From the NCBI GenBank assembly GCA_034927285.1, contig JAYFQF010000005.1:40229-104228 (forward strand): DNA of 64,000 nt. Direction: 5' to 3'. The notes below the pieces were generated by a model. The model was given only the letters and a program-made list of their open reading frames with translations, was not told the DNA's origin and did no database searches. Below are positions 47,538 through 57,991 of this stretch, in pieces (position 1 is the stretch's first letter; every line of letters begins with the position of its first letter). The stretch is from Peptococcaceae bacterium. Its GTDB lineage: Bacteria; Bacillota; Peptococcia; DRI-13; UBA5745. The position numbers were made by a program, and so were the translations under genes.

Positions 47538-49883
47538 TCACCGGCCTGCCGCCACCAGAAAGGAGGGCAGCCCGTCATAGTAAAACCCGGTAAAAAGAAC
47601 GTTATCACTGGGGGATACAAAGTCGATATGCCAGCAGCGCCGGTCCGTTTCCTTTTCTCCCAGGAGCCGCAAATAAGGGGAAAAGCCGCCTTCGGTCAGG
47701 ATGCGGCGGATCGTTTCCCGGTCGCTGATCTCCGTAAGGGAGAGTGAATCGGCGATCCCGGGGCCCAGGGTTTCCGGGAGCTTTTCCTCATAAGGCAGTT
47801 CCGGATAGCTTTCGGCCGCAGGCCTGTCGTAGCGATCAAGGGTTTTGCTTTGGCCCGCTTCTTTCTGGTTGTAGTTTTCCAGCCAGTAGGAATATTCTTC
47901 GGCGGTACCGAGATAGTTATAGCCTTCATACAGCCGGACCGAGGCCACGGCGCTTTCTTCCGGCAGCATGCTGTCTGCCAGCCCCTGCTCTTTCAGCCAG
48001 GCCAAAGTATTCAGGTAACTGCCGTACACCGGCAGGCTTTCGTAGCGCCGGTCATAACGCAGGTAGTCGGGATCGTCCGGGTTTACCTCACCATACCAGC
48101 GATTGATTTGTTTCAGCAGATCTTCACTGAAAATCCGGGGATTGATTTTTTGCAGGGCTTCCCATTCCACCTGGGGCAGAACATAGCGCAGGTTGATGGT
48201 GTAAGCCGCCGCCCGTTCCCCGTCCATCTCCGCATAAGCTTCCTCCCAAAGATCCTTCTGGTAGGCGGCCAGAAGGTCCGCCATCTGCCCGCTTTTCAGC
48301 AGGGGAGATTCGATTTCTGAGAACATGCCGCTGCCCACCGTCATCCAGGCGATATCCGAGGGCTGAGCCAGTAAAATCGTATTATTCCTGATCCGGCATT
48401 CCCGGGACTCCTTCAGCTGGCCGATGAGCTCCGGGTAGTCGGATTCCGTGATCTGATATTGACGGCGCATTACGCTGCCGTCCTTCATGACATAGAAGAT
48501 ACTGTCATAGCGGCGCCTATTCCTCAGTTCCTCCCGCCTGCCGACCAGGTTTTCCTGCAGCTTGATCAAAGCCTGGATATTTGCCGGTTCCTGATACACG
48601 TTTTGCATATACATGGTCTCATAAAACTGAGGCGTCACCCGGATGCCCAAGGCCTCCATTTCTTCCAGCGCCGTCAGGGATTCGGCTACGCCCTGTTCGG
48701 AGCGGTTCAGCAGGGCAAAGGCCACCTGATCTGCTTCCGGCAAGCGGCTCTCATAGCCAAATACGTCAAAACGCAGCCCCGTCAGGAAGATGATAAAGAT
48801 CAGGCAATACACCGCAAGTCCCTTCCAGGCGGATAAAATCCGCACGCTTTTTTGCAGCAGCATCTCGGCAATGGCATAGCCCACCACCGCCCAAAGCAAA
48901 AGAGGCCACCAGGAAAGGCTCACTTCCATGATCTCCATGGTCAGGATCCCGCCGCAGAGGCTGACGCAGAAAGTCACGCCATATTTGAAAATCGGCCGCA
49001 GCACCGGGAAAACGATGATATCACCGGTACTCTCCAAAGGCCGGCGGCGGTAAAGCAGCCAGGCCACCGTCAGGAACAGGACCGTAAGGCCCGCTAACAA
49101 CAGGCAATAGGCGCCCCCCAGCGGTTCGTTGTTAAACAGCTTAAAAAAGGGCAAATAGTTAAAATACTCATCCAGAGTGGAGTAGTATGAGGGGAAGCCG
49201 TAAACGGCCAGCTGCAACAGATAAAAGACCACGGTGTAAAGGCCCACGGGCAGAATATTGAAGATCACGGCAAACACCGGCTGAACCAAGGGCTGGCCGG
49301 TGATCATCCCCATCATCACCGCGGAGGAAAAAAAGGTCATGACCATCAAAATATTGCACAGGGCCCACCAAAGCACCTGAGAGGCGGTATATAAAAGGGC
49401 AAACTGGCGATAGAACAAAAGCAGCAGGCAAATCCCCGCAACGATCAGGATCGGCGCCAGGATCGCCAGGGCTCCGGTAAGGCAGAGGTTGGCAAAAAGG
49501 CTGCCCCGGTGTAAGGGCAGGCTGTGAAAAAAGTTTACCGCCTTGTTTTCGTTCAGATAGTTAAATAAAACCGCAGCCCATAAAAGGCCGATGCCTAAGG
49601 TGACGATCATCACCATGGGGTTGCCGAAGGTGCACTCATAAAACCAGGTGCTGGGCTCCGGCGTCATGCCCGCCGCCTGCATCATCCGGCTGCTGTTCAG
49701 GAAGTTTTCCACCTGGCGGGGCCCCTCCACCAACATCAGGAAAGGCACGCTGAAGAACAAGAGGATCGTATTCAGGATCGGCAGCCAGATAAAACGCTTG
49801 ACGGTCAGGAAAGCCAGGGCTTTATTGGGTACCCGGCAGGGGCCTTTTTTCCCGGCCTCAGAGGACAATATTGGCAATGTCAT
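47538..49883 (-). CDS. large membrane protein: N-terminal multi-TM (ABC-2-like) region plus a ~400-aa extracytoplasmic C-terminal domain (module 2)
   Basis: Trimmed to MTLPILSS at 49883 (GGGAGGGGAAGG RBS). It overlaps the upstream ABC ATPase gene. I recognise no catalytic motif. Confidence 0.7.
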   Translation of the reverse strand: MTLPILSSEAGKKGPCRVPNKALAFLTVKRFIWLPILNTILLFFSVPFLMLVEGPRQVENFLNSSRMMQAAGMTPEPSTWFYECTFGNPMVMIVTLGIGLLWAAVLFNYLNENKAVNFFHSLPLHRGSLFANLCLTGALAILAPILIVAGICLLLLFYRQFALLYTASQVLWWALCNILMVMTFFSSAVMMGMITGQPLVQPVFAVIFNILPVGLYTVVFYLLQLAVYGFPSYYSTLDEYFNYLPFFKLFNNEPLGGAYCLLLAGLTVLFLTVAWLLYRRRPLESTGDIIVFPVLRPIFKYGVTFCVSLCGGILTMEIMEVSLSWWPLLLWAVVGYAIAEMLLQKSVRILSAWKGLAVYCLIFIIFLTGLRFDVFGYESRLPEADQVAFALLNRSEQGVAESLTALEEMEALGIRVTPQFYETMYMQNVYQEPANIQALIKLQENLVGRREELRNRRRYDSIFYVMKDGSVMRRQYQITESDYPELIGQLKESRECRIRNNTILLAQPSDIAWMTVGSGMFSEIESPLLKSGQMADLLAAYQKDLWEEAYAEMDGERAAAYTINLRYVLPQVEWEALQKINPRIFSEDLLKQINRWYGEVNPDDPDYLRYDRRYESLPVYGSYLNTLAWLKEQGLADSMLPEESAVASVRLYEGYNYLGTAEEYSYWLENYNQKEAGQSKTLDRYDRPAAESYPELPYEEKLPETLGPGIADSLSLTEISDRETIRRILTEGGFSPYLRLLGEKETDRRCWHIDFVSPSDNVLFTGFYYDGLPSFLVAAGR

Positions 49884-50769
49884 AGCCTTCCCCTCCCAGC
49901 TCATAAATGAATACTTCCTCAAGAGTCAGAGGAAGCCAATCCAGCAGCAACGGCTGGCGGCCGTTTATCGCTTCCATGACCTGATGCCGCTGCCCTTTGA
50001 TGATCAGCCGCCAGACGCTGCCGAAGACTTCTTTATGCAGTACCCGGAAATCCCGTTCCAGGCCGCTGATGGCTTCCTCGGCCCGCTCCCCGGCAAAAGC
50101 CACCTGAATTTTATATACATTGGACTTGGCGTCGTCCAGGTTTTTTTCCAAAAGCATATGTCCCTGGTTCAGGATGCCCACATGATCGCAAACATCCTCC
50201 AGTTCCCTGAGGTTATGCGAAGATACCAACACCGTCATTTCCCGCTCCGCCACGTCCTGGAGCATCAGGTTCCAAACCTGCCGCCGCATCACCGGATCCA
50301 GGCCGTCCACCGGTTCGTCCAGGATCATCACATCCGGCATGGCGCAAAGGCCCAGCCAGAAAGCCACCTGTTTTTGCATGCCCTTGGACAGCCGGATCAG
50401 CCGGCGTTTTTCCTCGATGGGAAAGGCTTCTTTCAGTTTTTCAAAGCGCCGGCTGTTCCAGCGGGGATATATGCCGGAATAAAGCTGCGCCAGATCCTTT
50501 AATGTGGCCATGGAGAAATAGTACAGATCGTCGCTGACATAGATCAGCCTCTCCTTCAGGCTCTCATTTTCCCAAACCGGCTGGCCGTCGATGGCGATGC
50601 TCCCGGAATCGGGACGGAAAATACCGTTCAATATTTTAATCAGCGTGGTTTTACCGGCGCCGTTAGGGCCTACCAGGCCATAGACGCTGGCTTTTTCCAC
50701 ATGGATGTTCAGATCCCGGATCGCCTGAAAGCCGCCGAAGCTTTTATTGATCCCCTGACCTTTAATCAT
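49858..50769 (-). CDS. ABC transporter ATP-binding protein (module 2)
   Basis: Contains GPNGAGKTTL, LSKGMQKQV and ILDEPVDGLDP. Confidence 0.9.
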   Translation of the reverse strand: MIKGQGINKSFGGFQAIRDLNIHVEKASVYGLVGPNGAGKTTLIKILNGIFRPDSGSIAIDGQPVWENESLKERLIYVSDDLYYFSMATLKDLAQLYSGIYPRWNSRRFEKLKEAFPIEEKRRLIRLSKGMQKQVAFWLGLCAMPDVMILDEPVDGLDPVMRRQVWNLMLQDVAEREMTVLVSSHNLRELEDVCDHVGILNQGHMLLEKNLDDAKSNVYKIQVAFAGERAEEAISGLERDFRVLHKEVFGSVWRLIIKGQRHQVMEAINGRQPLLLDWLPLTLEEVFIYELGGEGYDIANIVL

Positions 50770-51156
50770 CTGCCGTTTCCTCCTTTACCCAGGTAAGCTT
50801 TTCTCCCCCATAGGCCTCCGTCACCCAGGCCTGAACCTGGGACAGGGCCACGCCTAAATGCCGCAGCCGGATCACCGGACGGGCCAGCTCCTTCTGCAGC
50901 TCCAGGGCCTGCCGGGCCAGGAGATCGGGGTTTTTTTCCGCCACGAAGTTTCCTTTGCCCCGGACAGAATAAATATATCCCGCAAGCTCCAGCTCCCGAT
51001 ATGCTTTCTGGATGGTATTCGGATTCACCGTCAGCATGGCGGCCAGATCCCGCACCGAGGGCAGCTGCTGATGGGCCGGCAAAATGCCCCGAAGCATCAG
51101 TTCCTTCAGCTTATCGTGGATCTGTTCATACAGGGGACGGGAATCGCCGTAATCTA
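50762..51156 (-). CDS. GntR family (YtrA subfamily) transcriptional regulator (module 2)
   Basis: TTG start at 51156, 7 nt after AAGGAGG. PLYEQIHDKLKELMLRGILPAHQQLPSVRDLAAMLTVNPNTIQKAYRELELAGYIYSVRGKGNFV is the GntR domain. Confidence 0.85.
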
Positions 51157-51232
51157 ACTGGAACAAGGCGCTTCCTCCTTTTCCCGGCCGCGGCGCGGAC
51201 CGCTCTTGGCAGACCGCCGCGAAACCACCGGA

Positions 51233-51268
51233 CAACTGTATCAACTGTCCTAGTACAGTCATTATATA
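51233..51268 (-). promoter_or_regulatory. promoter -10 and operator of module 2
   Basis: On the minus strand, TATATAAT (51268-51261) is immediately followed by ACTGTACTAGGACAGT (inverted repeat ACTGT-N6-ACAGT, 51259-51244) and a further ACAGTTG repeat. Confidence 0.55.
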
Positions 51269-51334
51269 AAATAATACCTCTTCCCCCGGCCCGGGTCAAC
51301 GGATTAATTCTTACAAAACCCGTAAATTTGGCGT

Positions 51335-51369
51335 AAAAAGACAGACCGGGCTTCTGCCCGGCCTGTCTG
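51335..51369 (-). terminator. terminator after the PAP2 gene
   Basis: On the minus strand, AGACAGGCCGGGC-agaa-GCCCGGTCTGTCT followed by TTTTT. Confidence 0.7.
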
Positions 51370-51393
51370 CCAAACTCATGCTCAGAGCAGGCT

Positions 51394-51951
51394 TCAGCTC
51401 ACCGTTTTCTTTCCTCCGGCCCGGCGTTTCAGCAGCCGTTTCATTATCTTATAAGCCAGCAGTCCCAGCAGAACCCCCAGGAGAGAGCCCAGCAGCACGT
51501 CGCTGGGATAATGGACATAGAGGTACAGGCGGGAAAAAGCGATCAGCGCCGCCAACACCAAGGCGGCGGCTCCCGATTTTTTGTTCCAGTAAAACAGGGC
51601 GCTGGCGGCGGCAAAGGAGGCCTGGCTGTGGCCCGAGGGGAAGGAGAAGTCTAAAGGCGCCTCTACCAGCAGCTTAATTAAGGTATTGGTATCATAAGGC
51701 CGGACCCGGGCCACCAGGGGTTTTAAGGTCAGGTTAACCACCAGGAGGCTGAAGATCAGCGCCAGGCCCATGGTGGCGCCGATCTTGCGGGTAGGTCTGT
51801 AACACAGCAAAAGCAAAGCCAGCAGGATCCAAAACCAGCCTGAATCGCCTAAAAAAGTGATCCTGGGCATCAGCATATCCAGAAAAGGGCTGCGGAAGAT
51901 CTCCTGAATGCCGTCCAAAATGCCGATTTCCCAAAGGTTTAATTCCGCCAT
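51394..51951 (-). CDS. PAP2 family phosphatase (undecaprenyl-diphosphatase/BcrC-like)
   Basis: Trimmed to MAELNLWEI at 51951 (GGGGAGGAA RBS), because the upstream part of the track ORF runs through two tRNA genes. Motifs KPLVARVRP, PSGHS and SRLYLYVHYPSD are present. Confidence 0.85.
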   Translation of the reverse strand: MAELNLWEIGILDGIQEIFRSPFLDMLMPRITFLGDSGWFWILLALLLLCYRPTRKIGATMGLALIFSLLVVNLTLKPLVARVRPYDTNTLIKLLVEAPLDFSFPSGHSQASFAAASALFYWNKKSGAAALVLAALIAFSRLYLYVHYPSDVLLGSLLGVLLGLLAYKIMKRLLKRRAGGKKTVS

Positions 51952-52123
51952 GGTTCCTCCCCGTTTTCTCATCAGGATCAGACTGTAAAAGCAGAACGCT
52001 AAACTGCCCTTCACCAAAAACCGCCGTGGCAAGCTTTCCTTGATATTCGTGGATAATTGAAATTTATTGATCATAGAAAGAACGCACCGAAGGCAAAGTG
52101 TCCTCGGTGCGCTTATCCTTTTA

Positions 52124-52199
52124 TGGTGGGCGGTGACGGGATCGAACCGCCGACATCTTGCTTGTAAGGCAAGCGCTCTCCCAGCTGAGCTAACCGCCC
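52124..52199 (-). tRNA. tRNA-Val (anticodon UAC)
   Basis: The minus strand reads GGGCGGTTAGCTCAGCTGGGAGAGCGCTTGCCTTACAAGCAAGATGTCGGCGGTTCGATCCCGTCACCGCCCACCA. It folds as a cloverleaf with anticodon loop CTTACAA and an encoded CCA. Confidence 0.93.
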
Positions 52200-52208
52200 G
52201 GGACCAAA

Positions 52209-52284
52209 TGGTGAGCCATCCGCGACTCGAACGCGGGACACCCTGATTAAAAGTCAGGTGCTCTGCCAACTGAGCTAATGGCTC
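52209..52284 (-). tRNA. tRNA-Lys (anticodon UUU)
   Basis: The minus strand reads GAGCCATTAGCTCAGTTGGCAGAGCACCTGACTTTTAATCAGGGTGTCCCGCGTTCGAGTCGCGGATGGCTCACCA, with anticodon loop CTTTTAA and an encoded CCA. Confidence 0.93.
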
Positions 52285-52377
52285 ATAAAAGACCCTAAAG
52301 GTCTGACATTGATAAATTATAACCGTCGCCAAGGGGTTTGTCAACAGACATTTTCGGGGTTTTTGGATTTTCCGCTC

Positions 52378-53784
52378 TTATTCCGCCCCTAAGATATGCC
52401 GGGCCGCCAGGATGCCGCTGACCGAGGCCTGCATCAGCCCCCGGGTGATACCGGCGCCGTCGCCGATGGCATAGAGCCCCTGGATTTTGGTTTCCAGGTT
52501 ATTATCCACTTCGATCCTGGAGGAATAAAATTTTGCCTCCACACCATAAAGCAGGGTAGCTTTGCTGTACAGACCGGGAGCCACCTTATCCAGAGCCCGC
52601 AGGGTTTCCAGGATGGAGGTCAGAAAGCGCTGGGGCAAAACAAAACTCAAATCGCCGGGCACGGCGCTTTTTAAGGTGGGAATGGTCGTGGACTTGGCCA
52701 GCCGGCTCTTGTCGCTGCGGCGGCCCTTGATCAAATCCTCCAGCCGCTGGACCATAATGCCGCCGCCGGTCAGCATGTTGGCGCATTTGGCGATATATTT
52801 GCCGTATTCGATGGGCTGATTAAAGGGCTCGGTGAAGTTGGAGGACACCAGAAGGGCAAAGTTGGTGTTGCCGGTCTTTAGCCTGGCGTCGTGGAAGCTG
52901 TGTCCGTTCACCAGGGCCACGCCGCCCTCGTAGTTTTCTTCGGACACGATACCGCCGGGATTCATGCAAAAGGTGCGGCATTTGTTCTCAAAGGTATCGG
53001 AGAAATAGACCAGCTTGGCCTCGTAAAGCTCCCGGGTCAGATGGTCCATGACGGAGTTGGGGGTCTCCACCCGGACGCCGATATCCACGGCGTTATTAAT
53101 CGTTTTCAGCTCCAGCTGGTGGGCCTGCCGGGTAAGCCACTCGGCGCCGCCCCGGCCGGGAGCGGCGATAATTTTGGCGGCGCTGATTTCCTCCCGGCTG
53201 CCGTCGGGGTTTTGCAGTACCGCACCGGTCACCTGCCCGTCCTTCACCAGGATATCGGCCACCGGGGTCAGGGGACGAAATTCAATTTTACCGGACTCCA
53301 CCAGATCCACATAGATGTTTTTCAATACTTCAAAGCCGGTCTCCGTACCCATGTGCCGCACAGGGCAGGGCACCAGAAGAATACTGTGGCGGGAAGCCGC
53401 ATAGGCAATATCGTCCACACCCTTGGAATTCAGACCGTGGACCTTGTCCGGCGCGCCGTAGCCGCAGTATAACTCATCGGTGTAACGGATCATATCCTGG
53501 ACTTTACCGTATCCTACATAATCGGCCAGCTGGCCGCCCACGTCGGGGGACAGGGAGAGCTTGCCGTCGCTGAAAGCGCCGGCGCCGGCCCAGCCGTTCA
53601 TAATGGCGCAGGGCTGGCAATGAGCGCATTTCCCCGTCTTGGGAATCGGACACTGCCGCTCCTGGATCTTCCGTCCCTTATCCACCAAAAGCACCCGGAT
53701 ATCCGGATTTTGCCAGACCAGTTCCCTGGCGGCAAAAATACCGGCAGGGCCGGCGCCGATAATCAGCACATCGTATTTTTTCAT
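52378..53784 (-). CDS. FAD-dependent protein (COG2509-type NAD(FAD)-utilising dehydrogenase)
   Basis: Trimmed to MKKYDVLIIGAGPAGIFAA (Rossmann GxGxxG) at 53784. The C-terminus has GLYAIGDGAGITRG. Confidence 0.8.
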   Translation of the reverse strand: MKKYDVLIIGAGPAGIFAARELVWQNPDIRVLLVDKGRKIQERQCPIPKTGKCAHCQPCAIMNGWAGAGAFSDGKLSLSPDVGGQLADYVGYGKVQDMIRYTDELYCGYGAPDKVHGLNSKGVDDIAYAASRHSILLVPCPVRHMGTETGFEVLKNIYVDLVESGKIEFRPLTPVADILVKDGQVTGAVLQNPDGSREEISAAKIIAAPGRGGAEWLTRQAHQLELKTINNAVDIGVRVETPNSVMDHLTRELYEAKLVYFSDTFENKCRTFCMNPGGIVSEENYEGGVALVNGHSFHDARLKTGNTNFALLVSSNFTEPFNQPIEYGKYIAKCANMLTGGGIMVQRLEDLIKGRRSDKSRLAKSTTIPTLKSAVPGDLSFVLPQRFLTSILETLRALDKVAPGLYSKATLLYGVEAKFYSSRIEVDNNLETKIQGLYAIGDGAGITRGLMQASVSGILAARHILGAE

Positions 53785-53881
53785 GGATCCTGCCTCCCGT
53801 TTTCCTGATCTTCCGCAAGGCCCAGCGGCCTTCTCCTCACAGCGCCATAGGCCGTGAGCTTCCGCCGGAATCCTGCCGCCT

Positions 53882-55243
53882 TTATGATGACGCTCCGCCC
53901 TCACCCTCGCCGGAGCCGTAGAGATTAAAGAATTTGGTGTACCGGTCGTCAAAGCCTAAGTCGATGGTGCCCACCGGGCCGTTTCTGTGTTTGGCCACGA
54001 TAATTTCAGCCACTCCCCGCCGCTCCGTATTCCGGTCATAGTATTCCTCCCGGTAAATGAACATAACCATGTCGGCGTCCTGTTCCAGGGCGCCGGACTC
54101 CCGCAGGTGGCTCAGGCCCGGACGCTTGTCCGCGGTTTTTTCTACCTCCCGGGAAAGCTGGGACAAGGCGATCACCGGCACCTTCAGTTCCCGGGCCAGG
54201 GCCTTTAAGGAACGGGAGATCTCGGAAATCTCCTGCTGGCGGTTTTCTCCTTTGTTTCGGCCCTCCCCCTGCATCAGCTGCAGGTAGTCGATGAGGATCA
54301 TCTGCAGGTCATGCTCGGCTTTAAGGCGGCGGGCCCGGGAGCGCAGTTCCGTCACGGTGATGCCGGGCGTGTCGTCAATATAGATGGGGGCGGCCGACAG
54401 CACCGCCGCCGCATCCACCAGCTTTGTCCATTCGTCGGCGTTCAGCCGTCCGTTACGCAGAGAAGTCTGCTCAATATTGGCCCGGGAGCTGATAAACCGC
54501 AGCAGCAGCTGCTCCCGTGACATTTCCAGGCTGAAAATCGCCACCGGCACCTTGGCCCGTACCGCGGCGCTTTCCGCCAGGTTCAGGGCAAAGGCGGTTT
54601 TGCCCATGGAGGGACGGGCCGCCAGGATGATCAGGTCCGAGGGCTGCCAGCCGCTGGTGAACTGATCCAGGGCTTTAAAATAGGAAGGGATGCCGGTTAT
54701 GCCCTCCTGCCGCTTGGACAAAGACTCGATCTGTTCCACCATGTCCGGGATCATATCCCGAATTGGCAAGAGGCCGCCTCTTCCCTTGCCCTGCCCCAGC
54801 TCGAAGATGGCCTGCTCGGCTTGTCCCACTAAAGCCATGACGTCTTCCTGCTCCTGGTAGCAGCGCAGGTTGATGTCGTTGCTGACCCGGATCAGCCGGC
54901 GCAGAATCGACTTATTCTGGACGATACCGGCATAATAGCGGATGCCGGCAGAGGAAGGCACCATGTTGGCCAAAGCGGCCAGATAGCTCATGCCGCCGCA
55001 CTTTTCCAGCGCATCCCTCTCCCGCAAGGCCTCCGTTACGGTGACCAGATCCACCTCTTCCCCCTTCAGCTCCAGGGATTTGATGGCCTGAAAGATCAGG
55101 CGGTGGGCGTCGCGGTAAAAATCGTCTTCCTGCAAAAGCTCGGTACCAGCGATGATGGCCTCTTTATCCAGGAGCATGGCGCCCAAAACCGCCTGCTCCG
55201 CTTCCTGGCTGTAAGGCGGCTGCCTGTCGATGTCCAGGGCCAT
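53882..55243 (-). CDS. dnaB: replicative DNA helicase
   Basis: Contains PPYSQEAEQAVLGAML, ARPSMGKTAF (Walker A) and IDYLQLM. Confidence 0.95.
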   Translation of the reverse strand: MALDIDRQPPYSQEAEQAVLGAMLLDKEAIIAGTELLQEDDFYRDAHRLIFQAIKSLELKGEEVDLVTVTEALRERDALEKCGGMSYLAALANMVPSSAGIRYYAGIVQNKSILRRLIRVSNDINLRCYQEQEDVMALVGQAEQAIFELGQGKGRGGLLPIRDMIPDMVEQIESLSKRQEGITGIPSYFKALDQFTSGWQPSDLIILAARPSMGKTAFALNLAESAAVRAKVPVAIFSLEMSREQLLLRFISSRANIEQTSLRNGRLNADEWTKLVDAAAVLSAAPIYIDDTPGITVTELRSRARRLKAEHDLQMILIDYLQLMQGEGRNKGENRQQEISEISRSLKALARELKVPVIALSQLSREVEKTADKRPGLSHLRESGALEQDADMVMFIYREEYYDRNTERRGVAEIIVAKHRNGPVGTIDLGFDDRYTKFFNLYGSGEGEGGASS

Positions 55244-55245
55244 AG

Positions 55246-55692
55246 TTAAGCCTCCGTTACGGTGATCGTCTGATTCAATATCACTTCCGGATGCAAGCGG
55301 ATCAGCACCTCGTGCCGGCCCAAAGTCTTGATGGCGCCTTTCAGCTCGATTTTGCGCCGGTCCACGGCAATCCCATAATCCCGCTCCAAAGCGTCGCCGA
55401 TGTCCTTATTGGTAACGGCGCCGAAAAGCTTCTGCCCGCCGCCGGTTTTAGCGGGGACTTTGATTTCCAGATCCTTGATCTTTTCTCCCAGGGCCCTGGC
55501 ATCCGCCAGCTCCGCCGCCTTTTTTTCGGCCGCCAGTTTATGTTGACGCTCCAGCTCTTTCATATTGGCCTCTGTGGCCTCCATGGCCAGCTTTCTCGGA
55601 AAGAGAAAATTCCGGGCGTAACCGTCGCTGACGTTTACCACCTGGCCCTTTTGGCCGCTGCCTTTTACATCCTGGATCAGAATCACTTTCAT
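55246..55692 (-). CDS. rplI: 50S ribosomal protein L9
   Basis: Trimmed to [32 protein letters not shown]. Confidence 0.95.
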   Translation of the reverse strand: MKVILIQDVKGSGQKGQVVNVSDGYARNFLFPRKLAMEATEANMKELERQHKLAAEKKAAELADARALGEKIKDLEIKVPAKTGGGQKLFGAVTNKDIGDALERDYGIAVDRRKIELKGAIKTLGRHEVLIRLHPEVILNQTITVTEA

Positions 55693-55753
55693 GAAAAACC
55701 CTCCTTCTCCTTTTCGGGTCCTTTGACCCGGGCCCGGACTTTTCCGGACCGGT

Positions 55754-56752
55754 TTAATCGTAGTCTCCCAGCTTGCGGAAGTCCGCGAAAATATCAACAA
55801 TACCGGCAAGTACCAAAACTATGGGGATGATCAGGTTCCCGGAAAGCAGAACCACGATCAGAAAGGCCCGCAGCAGGATGCCGACGCCCCGGGAAAGCTT
55901 TCGCGAATAAAACGCAAGGACTGCCAGGCCCTGCAGGAAAAAAAGGATGCAGTAAAAGAGCATCAGGTTTCCCGCCGCCTGGGCGATCCTGGGCTGCCCC
56001 GGGAAAAGCTGGGGAGCAAACATGGTAACGGCAAAGGCCGCGATAAAAATCCAAATCTGCCACCAGGGCTGCCGGTACTGACAAAAATGGCCCAGGGGCG
56101 GCAATTTTATCTTCAGCCGGCTGAAGATTTTATGCGCTAAAATGTAGTTTACCCCCGCCGACAGCAAAGCCGATAAAAGCAGCACCGCCGGCAGCAGATA
56201 TTCCAGGAGGTTCAGTGAAGCCTCGATCTGGGCGGCGAACTGCTGCGAGGTGACGCCCAGCTGCTTTAACATGCCCATGCTTTCATACAGGGGCATCGCC
56301 GTCTCAAAACCCTGGCGCAGGGAATCCTTCAGCATCAGCCAATCTTCCCAGGGGCTGATGCCGGTGAGCAGAGCCGCCAGCCCCGCGGATAAGAGCGTAC
56401 AAAGAGCGGTCATGACGGTAGTCAGAAAAACTGTCCGGCCTGTGGGCCAGCCTTTACGCAGAGCCTCACCCAAAAGCAAGGCGGGCCCGGCGCAGGGGAT
56501 GACCATAGTCAGCGCCGTGATCGGGGAGGCGGCCATCAGGATGATCAGGCCCGCCGCCGCCATGGCAAGAACGCCGGCTTTCATCCCGTGCCGCAGGCAG
56601 ATGGCCACCACCGGCAAAGTCCAGACCAGTGCGGCCAGCATCCCCAGCAGCGGCATATAAATGCCGGCCAGGGCCAATACGGCTGTCAGGGCGGCCATGA
56701 CGGCGCCTTCCGTCAGCGCTTTTGTCTCCAAACCTAATCTCGAACCTGACAT
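55754..56752 (-). CDS. YybS/DUF2232 family membrane protein
   Basis: Trimmed to MSGSRLG at 56752 (AAGGAGG RBS). Polytopic, in the conserved position between rpsR and rplI. Confidence 0.75.
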   Translation of the reverse strand: MSGSRLGLETKALTEGAVMAALTAVLALAGIYMPLLGMLAALVWTLPVVAICLRHGMKAGVLAMAAAGLIILMAASPITALTMVIPCAGPALLLGEALRKGWPTGRTVFLTTVMTALCTLLSAGLAALLTGISPWEDWLMLKDSLRQGFETAMPLYESMGMLKQLGVTSQQFAAQIEASLNLLEYLLPAVLLLSALLSAGVNYILAHKIFSRLKIKLPPLGHFCQYRQPWWQIWIFIAAFAVTMFAPQLFPGQPRIAQAAGNLMLFYCILFFLQGLAVLAFYSRKLSRGVGILLRAFLIVVLLSGNLIIPIVLVLAGIVDIFADFRKLGDYD

Positions 56753-56934
56753 TGCCGCCTCCTTGCCGGTAATCTGGCGCCGGCCCCTTTCTGCTTCATC
56801 CTCCGGCTTGGCCTGAAGAGCAGTACCGCCGTCATTTAAGCATAACATAAAACGCCGTCCATTTAAATGATAAAAACCGCTCCGGGGAGTCCGAAGCGGC
56901 AGGTCTTCCAATATGCGTCGGTCTTTTGTCCAGT

Positions 56935-57165
56935 CTACTCAGCGCTGAAAGGCAGCAAAGCGACATTTCTGGCCCGCTTGATGGCGATGGTCAGCTGACG
57001 CTGATGCTTGGCGCAGTTACCGGAGATCCGGCGGGGTAAAATTTTACCGCGCTCGGTGATGTACTTCCGCAGACGACCGGTTTCTTTGTAATCAATATGT
57101 TCGACTTTATCTACACAAAAGCTGCAAACCCTCTTGCGGGGGCGACGCGCACGATCACGTTTCAC
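56935..57165 (-). CDS. rpsR: 30S ribosomal protein S18
   Basis: [45 protein letters not shown]. Confidence 0.95.
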   Translation of the reverse strand: MKRDRARRPRKRVCSFCVDKVEHIDYKETGRLRKYITERGKILPRRISGNCAKHQRQLTIAIKRARNVALLPFSAE

Positions 57166-57191
57166 TTGATTTCCCTCCTAGCTTATTCAAA

Positions 57192-57587
57192 TCAAAAGGG
57201 GATATCCTCGTCAGAAAAACCGATTTCATTTCCAACGGAACGATCCTCAGGGCTGCCGCTGCGTTCACCTTTCTTGTCCAAAAAACGCACGGTTTCGGCC
57301 ACCACCTCGGTGACCCAGCGGCGGGTGCCGTCCTTGGCGTCGTAGCTGCGGACCTGGATGCGTCCGTCCACGGCGGCCAGACTACCTTTACCCAGGTAGT
57401 TGGCGCAGTTTTCCGCCTGCTTTTGCCAGACCACGATCGGAATAAAGTCCGTCTCTTTCTCACCCTGGGCGTTATTCCTGAACCGGTCTACGGCTAAAGT
57501 AAAGGAAGCCACCGCGGTACCGTTGGTCGTATATTTCAGTTCCGGATCTCTGGTGAGCCGGCCGATCAAAATTACTCGGTTTAACAT
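57192..57587 (-). CDS. ssb: single-stranded DNA-binding protein
   Basis: Trimmed to [20 protein letters not shown]. The acidic tail ends DEDIPF. Confidence 0.95.
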   Translation of the reverse strand: MLNRVILIGRLTRDPELKYTTNGTAVASFTLAVDRFRNNAQGEKETDFIPIVVWQKQAENCANYLGKGSLAAVDGRIQVRSYDAKDGTRRWVTEVVAETVRFLDKKGERSGSPEDRSVGNEIGFSDEDIPF

Positions 57588-57700
57588 AAAGTCCACCGCC
57601 CAGTCAAAAAATTCTTTCCGATACAAAATATGTACCGGGCGACGCGAAAAGGAACCCTGCCCCCTGCTCCGGCATAGCCGGCGGCAAAGGACAGCGGCCA

Positions 57701-57991
57701 TTATTTTTCGTCTTTGTTAATGATCATGAATCTCAGCATATCGTCTGAAATCTTCATGACGCGGTCAAGCTCCACGACTACGGCAGGTTCGCTCTTGAAG
57801 TTTACCAATACATAGTAACCATCATGAAGATCCTTGATCTCGTAAGCCAGACGGCGCTTGCCCCACTTGTCGATGGAAACGACCTCTCCCTGACCGTCGG
57901 TGACGATAGCGGCATATTTGTCAATCGCCTGCTGGATCGCCTCTTCCTCCATGTCGGGTTTGAGGATAAACATAAGTTCATAGTTTCTCAT
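57701..57991 (-). CDS. rpsF: 30S ribosomal protein S6
   Basis: [17 protein letters not shown]...[10 protein letters not shown]. Confidence 0.95.
   Translation of the reverse strand: MRNYELMFILKPDMEEEAIQQAIDKYAAIVTDGQGEVVSIDKWGKRRLAYEIKDLHDGYYVLVNFKSEPAVVVELDRVMKISDDMLRFMIINKDEK

Noticed and set aside
51952-52344. N-terminal 131 aa of track ORF 51394-52344.
   Set aside because: This part of the ORF reads straight through two cloverleaf tRNA genes (Val-UAC and Lys-UUU). The real PAP2 gene starts at the RBS-preceded ATG at 51951.
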